NCBI GenBank assembly: GCA_020353515.1
Contig: CP070695.1
Location: 3,225,532-3,289,531, forward strand
Source: Candidatus Heimdallarchaeota archaeon
GTDB lineage: Archaea; Asgardarchaeota; Heimdallarchaeia; Hodarchaeales; Hodarchaeaceae
Length of the DNA: 64,000 bases
Reading direction: 5' to 3'
The notes beneath the pieces were generated by a model. The model ran no database searches and was not told where the DNA came from. It saw nothing but the letters and a program-made list of their open reading frames with translations. Position numbers and translations under genes: made by a program. Below, one piece after another: positions 28,923 through 38,828 of the stretch; positions within the stretch are counted from its first letter, which is position 1; each line of letters begins with the position of its first letter.

Positions 28923-30185
28923 TTAATAAAATGAAATCTCGAAGAATAATTGTAGGTCTTTGATTAATGAGTAAGCAATACTCACAGCTTCCTCCATCTC
29001 GATACAGGTCAACTGAATACAGATTTCTCCTTTGGTTTGTGACTCCACCTTGACTTCTGCTTTTCCTAAAGAAACTAACTGATTTGCGATTCCACTATGC
29101 ATTTTGATTCCGTTTAGGACTCTTTCTCCTCCACTTAGATTAATATTTCGCCAGGGATCCTCCCATGATGGTTGTTTCGGTTCCCCCTCTGTTTTTAACT
29201 CAAGGTTCACGAAAGGAAGATTTGATTTTCTCAAACAGCCTTCCAATAGTATTTGATTCTGATTAAAAGTAACCTTGATCTCATTTATTGATCCTGAAAA
29301 TGGAATAATACGTACAACTTGCCTATTAATTTCCTGTTCAAAGATCAACTCTTTGACCTGATATTGAATGGATGAGAATAATGATTTTATTTCTTTATCC
29401 AAAAGTTCATTTTTGGGATCAGTTTCAGGTATGATCTCTTGGGAAAAGTCTGTATCTGCTATTTCTAATGTAGATGGTTCTTGGTCAGGAATTTCTGGAA
29501 TATTTTTCACAACAGAGAGATTTTGGAGTTCGATAGCTTTTTGAGGTGTTTCTTCTGATAATTCCACTTTATTCATTATTGGAGATATAAATTCTTCCTT
29601 AAAATTAACTTCTTTTTCAATTTTTTTAGGAGATAAGGTGTCTAATACTGTTTCCTCATCAGATTCATATGAAATATGTGCTTCAGGTTCTAATAATTCA
29701 GGTATTATCGCTATGGAATTCAGATACTCTTGTAGACTATTTAAATGATCATAAAACATTTCATTCGAAATATTCCTTTCTAGGAATCTTTTTTTCTGGT
29801 TGAAATACCATATTTTCTTCTGGTTCAATAATAAGTCTTGAGAGGCACCAGGCTGTTTGGCTTGGTCAGCAAAGAGTTTATCGAAGCTTTCAATAGCTTG
29901 CTCTAATGATCTACGGTCTTTGGTAAACTCAACATCTATATTTTGTTGTGATTGGGGAAGTGGTTTTGTTTCTTCTACTTGTTTTTGACCACATTTTGGA
30001 CAATAGCTGGCTTCATGCTTGATCCTTGCATTACAGGAAGAACAGCGTTTCATGCTATTTTTTAAAACATGATTCCACGAGGATGATTCCCATTGGCGTG
30101 GGAGTGTGCTATCACATTTTCGACATTTCGAGAAAACCCGATTGTTTTTTTCTCCACAATATCTACATACAACAAATGGTTCCAT
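28923..30185 (-). CDS. Soluble double-zinc-ribbon protein with C-terminal domain paralogous to the neighbouring receptor tail
   Basis: CRYCG..CRKC and CSSC..CPKCG; acidic linker; LFSSIQY...ISFY domain; probable ATG 30185 (track 30212). Confidence 0.85.
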   Translation of the reverse strand: MEPFVVCRYCGEKNNRVFSKCRKCDSTLPRQWESSSWNHVLKNSMKRCSSCNARIKHEASYCPKCGQKQVEETKPLPQSQQNIDVEFTKDRRSLEQAIESFDKLFADQAKQPGASQDLLLNQKKIWYFNQKKRFLERNISNEMFYDHLNSLQEYLNSIAIIPELLEPEAHISYESDEETVLDTLSPKKIEKEVNFKEEFISPIMNKVELSEETPQKAIELQNLSVVKNIPEIPDQEPSTLEIADTDFSQEIIPETDPKNELLDKEIKSLFSSIQYQVKELIFEQEINRQVVRIIPFSGSINEIKVTFNQNQILLEGCLRKSNLPFVNLELKTEGEPKQPSWEDPWRNINLSGGERVLNGIKMHSGIANQLVSLGKAEVKVESQTKGEICIQLTCIEMEEAVSIAYSLIKDLQLFFEISFY

Positions 30186-30421
30186 AATCAGCACCATTTC
30201 TTTAGAAATCAAGAATATTCTTTATAAACCAACCGTTACCTCTAGTTTAGGCTGATTAAATCAAATACTTTCTTTCTAAACAATCCATACCTCATTTTTA
30301 ATATGGAATAGAAGCATTATTTCTATTATTCTATCTTGGGCAGTCTTACCTATAAAAGGAATTTCATCCTTCAGATTACCCTCTTATTCGCTGTTTTCTA
30401 TCCGTCAATGAAAAGCGATTT

Positions 30422-30559
30422 CTAAACTTGTAATAATCTGGAATTAGTAACAAAGTTAAAAATTAACATGATAATGATATATAATAATATTAAGATAACT
30501 AGACCGCGAATTATACTAGGAGCGACCTTTGTTCTCTTATCCACAATCTTTTTAGTCAT
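30422..30559 (-). CDS. Small single-TM protein (45 aa)
   Basis: Below track cutoff; MTKKIVDKRTKVAPSIIRGLVILILLYIIIMLIFNFVTNSRLLQV*; basic N-terminus plus TM; starts 28 nt after the HD gene stop. Confidence 0.5.
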   Translation of the reverse strand: MTKKIVDKRTKVAPSIIRGLVILILLYIIIMLIFNFVTNSRLLQV

Positions 30560-30587
30560 TTTTAAGTGTCCAAGTTCAAAAACAAAC

Positions 30588-31280
30588 TTAAGATTTTTTC
30601 TTTTTTCTCTTTTTCACCTTAGCTTTCTTGTTAATCAAGCCTTCTTTTTCAAAGATAGCAGTTATACTACTCATTCTATCATCGAGTCTCTTTTGAATGA
30701 CATGTGAAAAGCCCTCTAACTCTTGAGCTCCCATCATTCCTAGTTCACGAGAATATTCATAATTTAATTTTTCATAATCTTGCTGTCGACTGGTCATGTA
30801 CTTTTCAAGAATTTCTTGCATTGATCCTTCTTTCCCAATGAATCCACGTAATAATCCCATTAACCCTAAACGATCCAAGGTGTCCGCATCATAAACCACT
30901 TTTTCTTCTGGTGTTACAGGGGGAATACTCGATGTAGGTGTATGACGCACGACCACACGACAAATTCTCTCACTCAAAGAATTTTCTATTTCTAATCCTT
31001 CTAGGAATTCTTCTGCAATGCTACCCCCGAATAAACCATGAAATCCTGCAAAGTCATTAGTTGTTTTACCTATATCGTGTAATAATGAACCCGCTATTAC
31101 GATAAAAGGGTCGATTGGATCGTCAATATTTTTACTGATTTGAATTGCAGTGCGTGTAACCATAAATACATGAGAATAATCATGAGAGTCGCTTTCGGCA
31201 TGACATCGTCTCACAAATTCTTGGATTCTTAATAAAATCTCCTGTTCTTTCTCTGTTAGTGCTCTAGTAAACATTTTCAT
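30588..31280 (-). CDS. HD-domain phosphohydrolase
   Basis: HDYSHV, LLHDIGK, H...HT, VYDADTLDRLG. Confidence 0.9.
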   Translation of the reverse strand: MKMFTRALTEKEQEILLRIQEFVRRCHAESDSHDYSHVFMVTRTAIQISKNIDDPIDPFIVIAGSLLHDIGKTTNDFAGFHGLFGGSIAEEFLEGLEIENSLSERICRVVVRHTPTSSIPPVTPEEKVVYDADTLDRLGLMGLLRGFIGKEGSMQEILEKYMTSRQQDYEKLNYEYSRELGMMGAQELEGFSHVIQKRLDDRMSSITAIFEKEGLINKKAKVKKRKKKKS

Positions 31281-31645
31281 CGCCTGTAATATGATTAAAT
31301 GAGCTGTGGTTCTTATCGGAAGTTTAATTCCTCAATGATTGATAATTCTTTCGCCTCACAAAGTAAATTCTACTCGTTTGAAAAAAGCTATAACAAATAA
31401 TTGTAATAATCTCAACTAAAAAAGTATTTCATATAAAAAATGGACTATACTGATAATCCATCCCCTTAGAATGTTCTATTTTCAATCAGAGTACATGGGA
31501 GATAATGATTGAGCAAAAAAAATTGGTTTTTCAAAACGAAATTTTATAAGAATGGATTGCATGTAAACTATTATACCCCTTTAATGTATTATCTGAATCA
31601 TTCAAAAGCTTATGAGAATTTTACACAATAATTTATTAGGTATAA

Positions 31646-31936
31646 ATGATGTCTAACAAAGGTTTGGTTGAAAAACTTTATTGTGCAAAGTACACACTTG
31701 TTTTCAACAACAGCAAAATGGACAAATGTGCATTTATCTCTGCGTCCTCTGCTCAAGAAGCATGGGATCTTACGGAAACCCTAGCATCATTCTGGAACAC
31801 GGAAGAAAAAGCTTGGGACTCGTTTAGAATTCAAAAGGTATTCAAGCAACCATGTTCCAAAAATCCGATAATGATTTGGTCAAAGAAGATTTTTTCTAAG
31901 ATCAGGAAACAGGGAAGATCTTTCTCATTTTCTTGA
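31646..31936 (+). CDS. Hypothetical protein
   Basis: 96-aa ORF in otherwise empty space; no motif recognised. Confidence 0.5.
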   Translation: MMSNKGLVEKLYCAKYTLVFNNSKMDKCAFISASSAQEAWDLTETLASFWNTEEKAWDSFRIQKVFKQPCSKNPIMIWSKKIFSKIRKQGRSFSFS

Positions 31937-32005
31937 ACTTCAGGTCAAAATTTCGGGTGAATACAACTCTTCTACAGGATCTCATTAGAATTTAATTTCA
32001 AAATT

Positions 32006-32578
32006 TTAGGCCTCTGAAGCCAATTCCACACCAATATTATATGCCTTATCCATTAACTCCGAATTTTGCCTTATTTGACCTGCATCCATCGCACTTCCAT
32101 GAATTATTCCTACTATTTCAGCTCCAATATATCTGAACATATCCTTAAAGGAATTTATCGCATTGATCGCTCCAGAGGAATGTTCATTCGTATCCCCGTA
32201 AGTTAATATTATTCCTATCCTTTTCTTTCGCAAGGCATGTTTTTGAGGTTCTATCAAGCCGTAAAAACGATCAATTAATATTTTAGTCTGTGCGCTCATA
32301 TTAAACCAGTATATTGGACTCGCAATGACAATTGAATCAGCAGAACGAAGTTTTGGATAGATTAGCTGCATATCATCATCGATAATACAGCCTTTCTCTG
32401 GCTTTCTAATACATGCATCACAGGCATTACAGGGTTTAATATCCATATTTTGAAGAAAAAATTCCTCTACCTCTGCATTACTAGCTTTAGCACCCTTTGC
32501 TAAAGAGTCAGCCAAAATATTACTGTTCCCTTTTTTTCGAGGGCTACCCTTCAGTATCACAATTTTCTGTTGGCTCAT
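32006..32578 (-). CDS. Iron-sulfur flavoprotein / NADPH-dependent FMN reductase family
   Basis: GSPRKKGNS, CNACDAC...C.IDDDM, ASPIYW, K..IDR. Confidence 0.9.
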   Translation of the reverse strand: MSQQKIVILKGSPRKKGNSNILADSLAKGAKASNAEVEEFFLQNMDIKPCNACDACIRKPEKGCIIDDDMQLIYPKLRSADSIVIASPIYWFNMSAQTKILIDRFYGLIEPQKHALRKKRIGIILTYGDTNEHSSGAINAINSFKDMFRYIGAEIVGIIHGSAMDAGQIRQNSELMDKAYNIGVELASEA

Positions 32579-32610
32579 AAACTTTTCTCCTGTTTTTCTT
32601 TCAATTTTAA

Positions 32611-33309
32611 TTATGCCAAAGGACGTTTAATCATTTCAATCGCATTCTGGACACAACTAGTAACGCAGAGTCCACAACCAAAGCAAAAATTTGGATCAAA
32701 CACCAGAATATCTTTGTTGAATCGTCTTGCATTGAATTGACACCGATCAACACATTCTCCACAATCTATACACTTGTCTTGATCATGGGTGGAAACAAAT
32801 TCGCTTGATTTCACCAAATTTTTCATGTTCATAATTAGAAGTCCTTGAAGTGCATGACAACAACAGGAACAGCAACTACAGATCGCCTGAATGTTCTTTT
32901 CATCTTCTCCTGGTCTATGTAACGCTAGATGTACAAGTCCTGTCTCATGAGTTTTTATGATGATCTTTTTGGCCTCTTCCATGGAAATAAATTCTGCTGT
33001 ACCCTTAGAAACCCCTTTAATTGCGTATTTGTCTAGCGATAAACACACCCTTCGAGGATAATCACAATTTCCGAGTTTCACACGACAGATACAGTCTGTA
33101 ACTGCGATTTTCTTTGCTGATTCGACAATTTGGATCACATTTTCCAGAAATAATGCAGTTTGTTGGGTGTCAATCTTGATATTCACTGGTATGGTTACTG
33201 CTTTCCATCTGCTTTTAAAAGACACAAGTTCTTCTTCTGACCATTTATTTTTCTTATTTTTGAGCAAGATATATTCACCAAAAATAGCTAGGACGACTCC
33301 TGAATTCAC
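32611..33309 (-). CDS. 4Fe-4S dicluster protein with additional Cys-rich domain
   Basis: CICR...C...C, GLVH, ICSCCSCCCH, CIDCGECVDRC, CFGCGLCVTSC. Confidence 0.85.
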   Translation of the reverse strand: MNSGVVLAIFGEYILLKNKKNKWSEEELVSFKSRWKAVTIPVNIKIDTQQTALFLENVIQIVESAKKIAVTDCICRVKLGNCDYPRRVCLSLDKYAIKGVSKGTAEFISMEEAKKIIIKTHETGLVHLALHRPGEDEKNIQAICSCCSCCCHALQGLLIMNMKNLVKSSEFVSTHDQDKCIDCGECVDRCQFNARRFNKDILVFDPNFCFGCGLCVTSCVQNAIEMIKRPLA

Positions 33310-33540
33310 TTAACCTTTAAAATGGATTTTTGGAGCACTTAAATTGTTGGATAAGAGAAATATAAGGATAATTATCGTGGCAGAATGATAGATGCATAAT
33401 AAAAAAAACACATATCCATTTGTATTCCTTTTAAAGTAAATATTGATATTGACAATTCTTTGATAAATATCAAATCTAGGATTGAGGAATATGGCTAATA
33501 ATCATGAGTTCAAAACAAGGATGCAGTAAAAGAGTCAATT

Positions 33541-34056
33541 ATGGATTTTGCTGGGCATTTTTCCACAGCTAGCGCTATTCTAGCTGGATTCTACATGGCA
33601 ACGTGCGCATTTATTATCAGTATTGAAGCTCAAGGAGCTGAAGCCTTTTCTTTCTTGAATGAACCTCTCCTAGCTGAAATTACTTTACTGGGAGATCTTA
33701 TTATGAATATATTGATCACATTGAATCTAAATGAATTGTGGCCAACACATTTTGAATATATGTTAGTAGTATTTGTCAGCTTATTTCTATTAAGCCTCAT
33801 TTCCTACGCGTGCTTTTTACGAGTCGGAATGATTCAAATGACGATGTATAAGTCTGTTGGAATTATAGAAGAGAATGAAGAAATACTTCTTATTTGGCAA
33901 CAAAGAGGAATGTATTCACTCCTTATTAGTCTCATCTTTAGCTTTATTACCCTTCCGTGGGCATTATTAAGATTTATTTCTGAACACGCACTATTCTTAG
34001 CCGTCCTGTTACTCGTGGTTATTATTTCTGGCTTGATATTAGCATTCAAAACCTAG
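33541..34056 (+). CDS. Hypothetical membrane protein
   Basis: About 4 TM helices. Confidence 0.6.
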   Translation: MDFAGHFSTASAILAGFYMATCAFIISIEAQGAEAFSFLNEPLLAEITLLGDLIMNILITLNLNELWPTHFEYMLVVFVSLFLLSLISYACFLRVGMIQMTMYKSVGIIEENEEILLIWQQRGMYSLLISLIFSFITLPWALLRFISEHALFLAVLLLVVIISGLILAFKT

Positions 34057-34105
34057 AGTCTTGTGAGACCGATATTCAGAAAAGAAATGTAATCCTCATC
34101 AGACA

Positions 34106-34819
34106 TCAATTATTAGCTAATTTCAGTTTTGTTTTCCTATAATTCTGTAAGAATTTCAAAAATTCTTGATCTCCGTACAAATTTCGTTTAATGATAGTAC
34201 GTAAAAACTCCTCGACAAATTTAACAGCATCTTTCCTTTTTTCATATCCAAGTAGAATATCAATGCCATCACTTCTTCCAAAACATGGAAATTTGTTGAA
34301 TTTCAAGAGTAGGTCATAATCTTCTGATTCTTTTTCATTCAAACTGTGTGCGATCAAATATTCCCCCTCTGTTCTGGATTTAAATCCTTTTGCTACTGGA
34401 CTGGTAAACCAAATGACCCAAGAAGGATGATGACTGACAGTCCACTCTAGCACACGTACAATTGGTTTTTTAGCATCTGCTTCAGGTAATAAATTATAAT
34501 AAGCTATTGATTTTAGAGGTCTACTATACCCTTCATATTTATCGATGATTTCGATCTTTTTAACAACGTTGTCTCCTAATACTATATCACCAAAATCCTT
34601 TCTTGTCCGAATCATTTGCTTAGTAGCTTTTATTACCTTTATTTCACCCTTTTCGTTTTTCACTTCTTTTTTAACTAATTCTTCTAATTGTTTTAGGAAT
34701 TCTAATGTTTCTTGAGTAGGCTCATTAATTTTATCAAGTACTTCCCACTCTCGAAAGATGTTTTTTGTCGCTCTTTCTATTTTTTCGTGAGTTGTTTCAT
34801 TTTCTTCCTTTTTATTCAT
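34106..34819 (-). CDS. Hypothetical protein
   Basis: 237-aa charged ORF co-oriented with the TPR gene. Confidence 0.6.
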   Translation of the reverse strand: MNKKEENETTHEKIERATKNIFREWEVLDKINEPTQETLEFLKQLEELVKKEVKNEKGEIKVIKATKQMIRTRKDFGDIVLGDNVVKKIEIIDKYEGYSRPLKSIAYYNLLPEADAKKPIVRVLEWTVSHHPSWVIWFTSPVAKGFKSRTEGEYLIAHSLNEKESEDYDLLLKFNKFPCFGRSDGIDILLGYEKRKDAVKFVEEFLRTIIKRNLYGDQEFLKFLQNYRKTKLKLANN

Positions 34820-34901
34820 TTTAACACAGCTTAACGAATAATTGAGAAGTACCTATGATTCCAATGGTATGTGTTTGAAAAAAGGCTTTATAGAGTTGAG
34901 A

Positions 34902-36719
34902 TTATCCTTCTTCTTTTTCCCATTTCTCGACAAGTGCAGAAGCCTCGGCTGCATAATCTATTATTTCTTCTTGTTTTTGAAAGATTCTTTTATGTATCAT
35001 TCGATCCAATAAGTCTTCTAGTTGGATTAAATTAATTCTTTCCTTTATAGAGAGCTCTTTTCCAGCCAATCGCTCCCATTTATTTGATTGTTCATGTAAA
35101 AAGAATTGTTCATCCAATATTTTTGTATGAAGTTGGTGTAATTCATTTTCCTCTGTTAAGATTTTTGCTTTATCCAGTAGAGTTTGAGCTTGTTGGATGT
35201 CTAGTTCGAGTAAAGCTAACCTTGACTGGAGAAGATATGTCTCTGCAAGTAAAGAAAATGAATGTTGCTTCTGAGCTAGCTCAAGCAACTTATTGGACCA
35301 AGTTTTCACTTCGTTAAGAACCTCCTCGTTACCAAAAGTTCGTAATTCCCCCAACAATAGATCACACAAGTTGAGAATTGCATCAACAGTTAATTCAAAA
35401 AAAACGATTTTCTCTTTAGCAACCTGTTGGAGTAATCTTTGCGCTTTAGCTAGGTTTGTGATTCTTTTACTGGTTTTAAGAAGCAAGGCTTCAGCTACGC
35501 GACATATTTGGTTGAGAACTACATTGTCTCCTTTTTCATTTATCTTTTGTATTTGCTGAATATATTCCTTTGCTTGATCTAGTGCATTTGTATCGATACT
35601 TAATCTAATCAAATTATAATAAAGGTTCTTCGTTTCTATAAGTTCGTACCCCATCTTTTCAAAAGAATCTAGGCTTTGTTTGTATTTTTCTAAAGCTAGC
35701 TCGAATTTCTCCTTTGCGTGAAATATCTCTCCTATACTTGCAAGGGGTAACGCACCAGGCCTACCTATCTCTTGATAAAGAATGAGGCTTTTATCGTAGA
35801 ATTCCAAAGCTGAATCTAAATCTCCTTTGGTTTTAAAAATATCACCAATGAAAAATAAACTTTCAGCGATCGAATGCTTACTATCAAGCTCCTCGAAGAT
35901 GGCTAGACTTCTTTGTGCGTACTCGAAAGCTAAGCTTAACTCTCCTTTACTTGTATATATCTCACCAATATTTTGAAGTGTAATAGCAAAATTCCGCTGA
36001 TCTCCGACTTCTTCTAGAATTTGAATAGCATTCTGCTTATATTCAAGTGCTAAATCAAGATTACCACGTTCTTGATAAACAGACCCGATATTGCTAAGAT
36101 TTATGCCTATCCCTCTCTGATCCTTTAATTTTCCAAAAATACTGAAGCTTTTGCGAAATTGGTCTAATGCCCTATCAAATTGTCCCTGATTCCAGTATAT
36201 GACGCCAAGAAAAGTAAGAAATTCAGCAATAGAGTGTTCATTACCTACTTTATTTTGTTGTAAGTTTAATCCTTTTTGTCCCAATTTAAGTGCTTCTTCA
36301 ACATCTCCCTTTAGAAATAAGATATTGGCTTCATTATAAATTAATGATACTTCTCTTGTTAGGCTCTCTTGAGCTTGAGTAATTGTACCAAGGAGCTGTT
36401 TTCCTTTTTCAATCATTTTGAAACTTTCGTTATAATTCCCAAGTCTCCATAATGTTTCAGTTTTTAATATGATAGCATCTAACACTTGTATTTCGTTATT
36501 AGTTTTTTTGCTCAGCTTTAACGATTGATCAGCTAGTCCTAATGCTCCCTCAATGTTTTCTAACTTGATTAAAATCTTACATTTTAAAAGTTTAACAGTT
36601 GTAATTATATCCTTCTGTTTTACTTTCTTTTCCAACTCTTCTACTTCTGATAATGCTGCTATTAGCCGTCCTTGAAAAAGCAGTTGTGTAACATGTCTTA
36701 ATTCATCTGTTATTGTCAT
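34902..36719 (-). CDS. Tetratricopeptide-repeat protein
   Basis: About 40-aa repeats L.NIG.(V/I)Y...G.LD.ALEY...SL.I.EE.G. Confidence 0.9.
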   Translation of the reverse strand: MTITDELRHVTQLLFQGRLIAALSEVEELEKKVKQKDIITTVKLLKCKILIKLENIEGALGLADQSLKLSKKTNNEIQVLDAIILKTETLWRLGNYNESFKMIEKGKQLLGTITQAQESLTREVSLIYNEANILFLKGDVEEALKLGQKGLNLQQNKVGNEHSIAEFLTFLGVIYWNQGQFDRALDQFRKSFSIFGKLKDQRGIGINLSNIGSVYQERGNLDLALEYKQNAIQILEEVGDQRNFAITLQNIGEIYTSKGELSLAFEYAQRSLAIFEELDSKHSIAESLFFIGDIFKTKGDLDSALEFYDKSLILYQEIGRPGALPLASIGEIFHAKEKFELALEKYKQSLDSFEKMGYELIETKNLYYNLIRLSIDTNALDQAKEYIQQIQKINEKGDNVVLNQICRVAEALLLKTSKRITNLAKAQRLLQQVAKEKIVFFELTVDAILNLCDLLLGELRTFGNEEVLNEVKTWSNKLLELAQKQHSFSLLAETYLLQSRLALLELDIQQAQTLLDKAKILTEENELHQLHTKILDEQFFLHEQSNKWERLAGKELSIKERINLIQLEDLLDRMIHKRIFQKQEEIIDYAAEASALVEKWEKEEG

Positions 36720-36809
36720 CTATTAGACACTTCTTTAATGGATAGAATGGAATATACTCAGTATTTTTGCAAATCCTTGTAACAGCTTTTAATCGATCAT
36801 TCATCAGCA

Positions 36810-38828
36810 ATGTTTATTAAACCCTATCATATTATCTGGTCAGTAATGGTTTGTCTTAGCAATCAATTAACCCTAAAACAAGTTCAAATTAATGATTCTT
36901 TTTGGAATTCTCGTTTAAAAATGAACATTGAAGATGCAATTTTTCATCAATGGAAGCAGCTTGAAAAATATCGCTGTATAGATAATTTTCGAATCCTAAT
37001 AGGAGATAAAGAAGAAGGATTTCGAGAAGGCTGGTTCTTCTCTGATTCAGATGCATATAAGTGGTTAGATGCCGCTTGTCGAATTTATACCATTTTTCCC
37101 TCTAATAAATTAAAAGGATTAATCGATGAATTCATTAAAATTATTCAAAGGTCTGAAGATGACGGATACATTTATACATTTAATCAAATTCATTTTCCTG
37201 ATAAACAATGGACAAATCTTTGGATAGAACATGAATTATATTGTTTGGGGCATCTAATAGAAGCTTTATTAGCACATTATGAGTTTAGTCTAGAGTTAAA
37301 GATCCTCGAGCTTGCAATCAGAATAGCTGATCTCTTAGTCCAGCAATTTCTCGAGGAAAACACAAGCTCAAATGCAATTCCTGGACATCAAGAAATTGAA
37401 ATAGCGCTGATAAAGCTCTTTCGAATCACAAATAGAACACGGTACTTGAAATTAGCAGAAGAGTTTCTTCAACGAAGGGGAAAATCTAGGTTAAAATGGT
37501 TATCATTATTAAAACAGGATTTCAAGCACAATAGAAGGCTTGGAAGGGTTAAAAGATTAAAAGAAAAATATTTGATCCAACATCCTGAGGATAAAGATTT
37601 TCGCTTACCAGATAATGTCTATATAACATTCCCTTCAGGATTTAAACGACGTGTATTCTTTAATTACGTTACTGGGAAGTATTTTCAAATACATAATCCC
37701 TTAGAAAATCAAACAATACCAGAAGGTCATGCTGTACGCTTTTCTTATCTGATGACTGCTGCGGCTATGTATTCCTATGAAACAGATAAAAAATACCTAC
37801 CTAATCTACAAACTGTATGGAATCACATGGTCAGTAAAAAAATGTTTGTAACAGGTGGGATTGGGTCACTGCCAGGGATAGAGGGGTTTGGACGAGATTA
37901 TGAGTTGAATCCAGAATATGCATACTGTGAAACATGTGGAGCACTAGGATCTATATTTTGGAATTGGGAAATGACGCTTCTTACAGCAGAGGCCAAATTT
38001 GCGGATCTTTTAGAGTGGCAGCTTTATAACGCGGTTTCTGTTGGAATATCACAAGATGGAAAATCGTATTTATATAGGAATCCGCTTGTTTCAAAGGGGG
38101 ATGTTACTCGTAAAGAGTGGTTTGCTATTCCCTGTTGTCCATCAAACCTATCCAGAACCTGGGCCTCATTAGGGCAATACATCTATTCGTATCACGGAAG
38201 TAAAATATGGATTCATCAATACATAGGTAATGAAACGCATTTCACTCTAGAATCCATGTCACCGATGAGAATGATATTAAATTCAGGTTTTCCTTGGCAT
38301 GGTAATGTTCAAATCGAACTAGACTTAATATCATCAGAATTTTTTGCAATTTATCTAAGAATCCCGAGTTGGGTAGAGAGTTATTCTCTAAAAATTAACG
38401 ATGAGGATCAGCAAGTCTCCAGAAATGAACTAAACACAGTAAAAACAGCTTCAGGATACTCCCCCTTCAGATCTTGTTATATCTCTCTAGAACGAGAGTG
38501 GAATCCAGGCGATAGAATAGATCTTCATTTTCCTATGAAAATACAAATTCTTCAATCCCGTCCAGAAGTGAAAAATGATTTCGGAAAATCAACCATAACA
38601 CGGGGACCAGTTGTTTACTGTCTGGAGAACATTGATAATCCAAACATTGATATCTTTAACGCAAGGATTTTCGGCAATTCCCTCACTGTTGAACCAACAG
38701 AACTATTTGGAGACATATACATAATCAAAGGTCAGACTGAAGATGGAAAAAAAGTGGCCTTTATTCCCTATTATTGTTGGAGTAATCGAGAACATTCCCA
38801 AATGACAGTTATGGTGAATGTAATTTGA
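36810..38828 (+). CDS. Glycoside hydrolase family 127 (beta-L-arabinofuranosidase-like)
   Basis: DSDAYKWL, HELYCLGHL, GHQEIE, GHAVR, TGGIGS...EGFG.DY, YCETC, CCPSN, RGPVVYC; start may be ATG 36846. Confidence 0.92.
   Translation: MFIKPYHIIWSVMVCLSNQLTLKQVQINDSFWNSRLKMNIEDAIFHQWKQLEKYRCIDNFRILIGDKEEGFREGWFFSDSDAYKWLDAACRIYTIFPSNKLKGLIDEFIKIIQRSEDDGYIYTFNQIHFPDKQWTNLWIEHELYCLGHLIEALLAHYEFSLELKILELAIRIADLLVQQFLEENTSSNAIPGHQEIEIALIKLFRITNRTRYLKLAEEFLQRRGKSRLKWLSLLKQDFKHNRRLGRVKRLKEKYLIQHPEDKDFRLPDNVYITFPSGFKRRVFFNYVTGKYFQIHNPLENQTIPEGHAVRFSYLMTAAAMYSYETDKKYLPNLQTVWNHMVSKKMFVTGGIGSLPGIEGFGRDYELNPEYAYCETCGALGSIFWNWEMTLLTAEAKFADLLEWQLYNAVSVGISQDGKSYLYRNPLVSKGDVTRKEWFAIPCCPSNLSRTWASLGQYIYSYHGSKIWIHQYIGNETHFTLESMSPMRMILNSGFPWHGNVQIELDLISSEFFAIYLRIPSWVESYSLKINDEDQQVSRNELNTVKTASGYSPFRSCYISLEREWNPGDRIDLHFPMKIQILQSRPEVKNDFGKSTITRGPVVYCLENIDNPNIDIFNARIFGNSLTVEPTELFGDIYIIKGQTEDGKKVAFIPYYCWSNREHSQMTVMVNVI

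Noticed and set aside
30468-30707. 79-aa plus-strand ORF
   Set aside because: Overlaps the HD gene end in antisense; the minus-strand 45-aa TM ORF explains the region better
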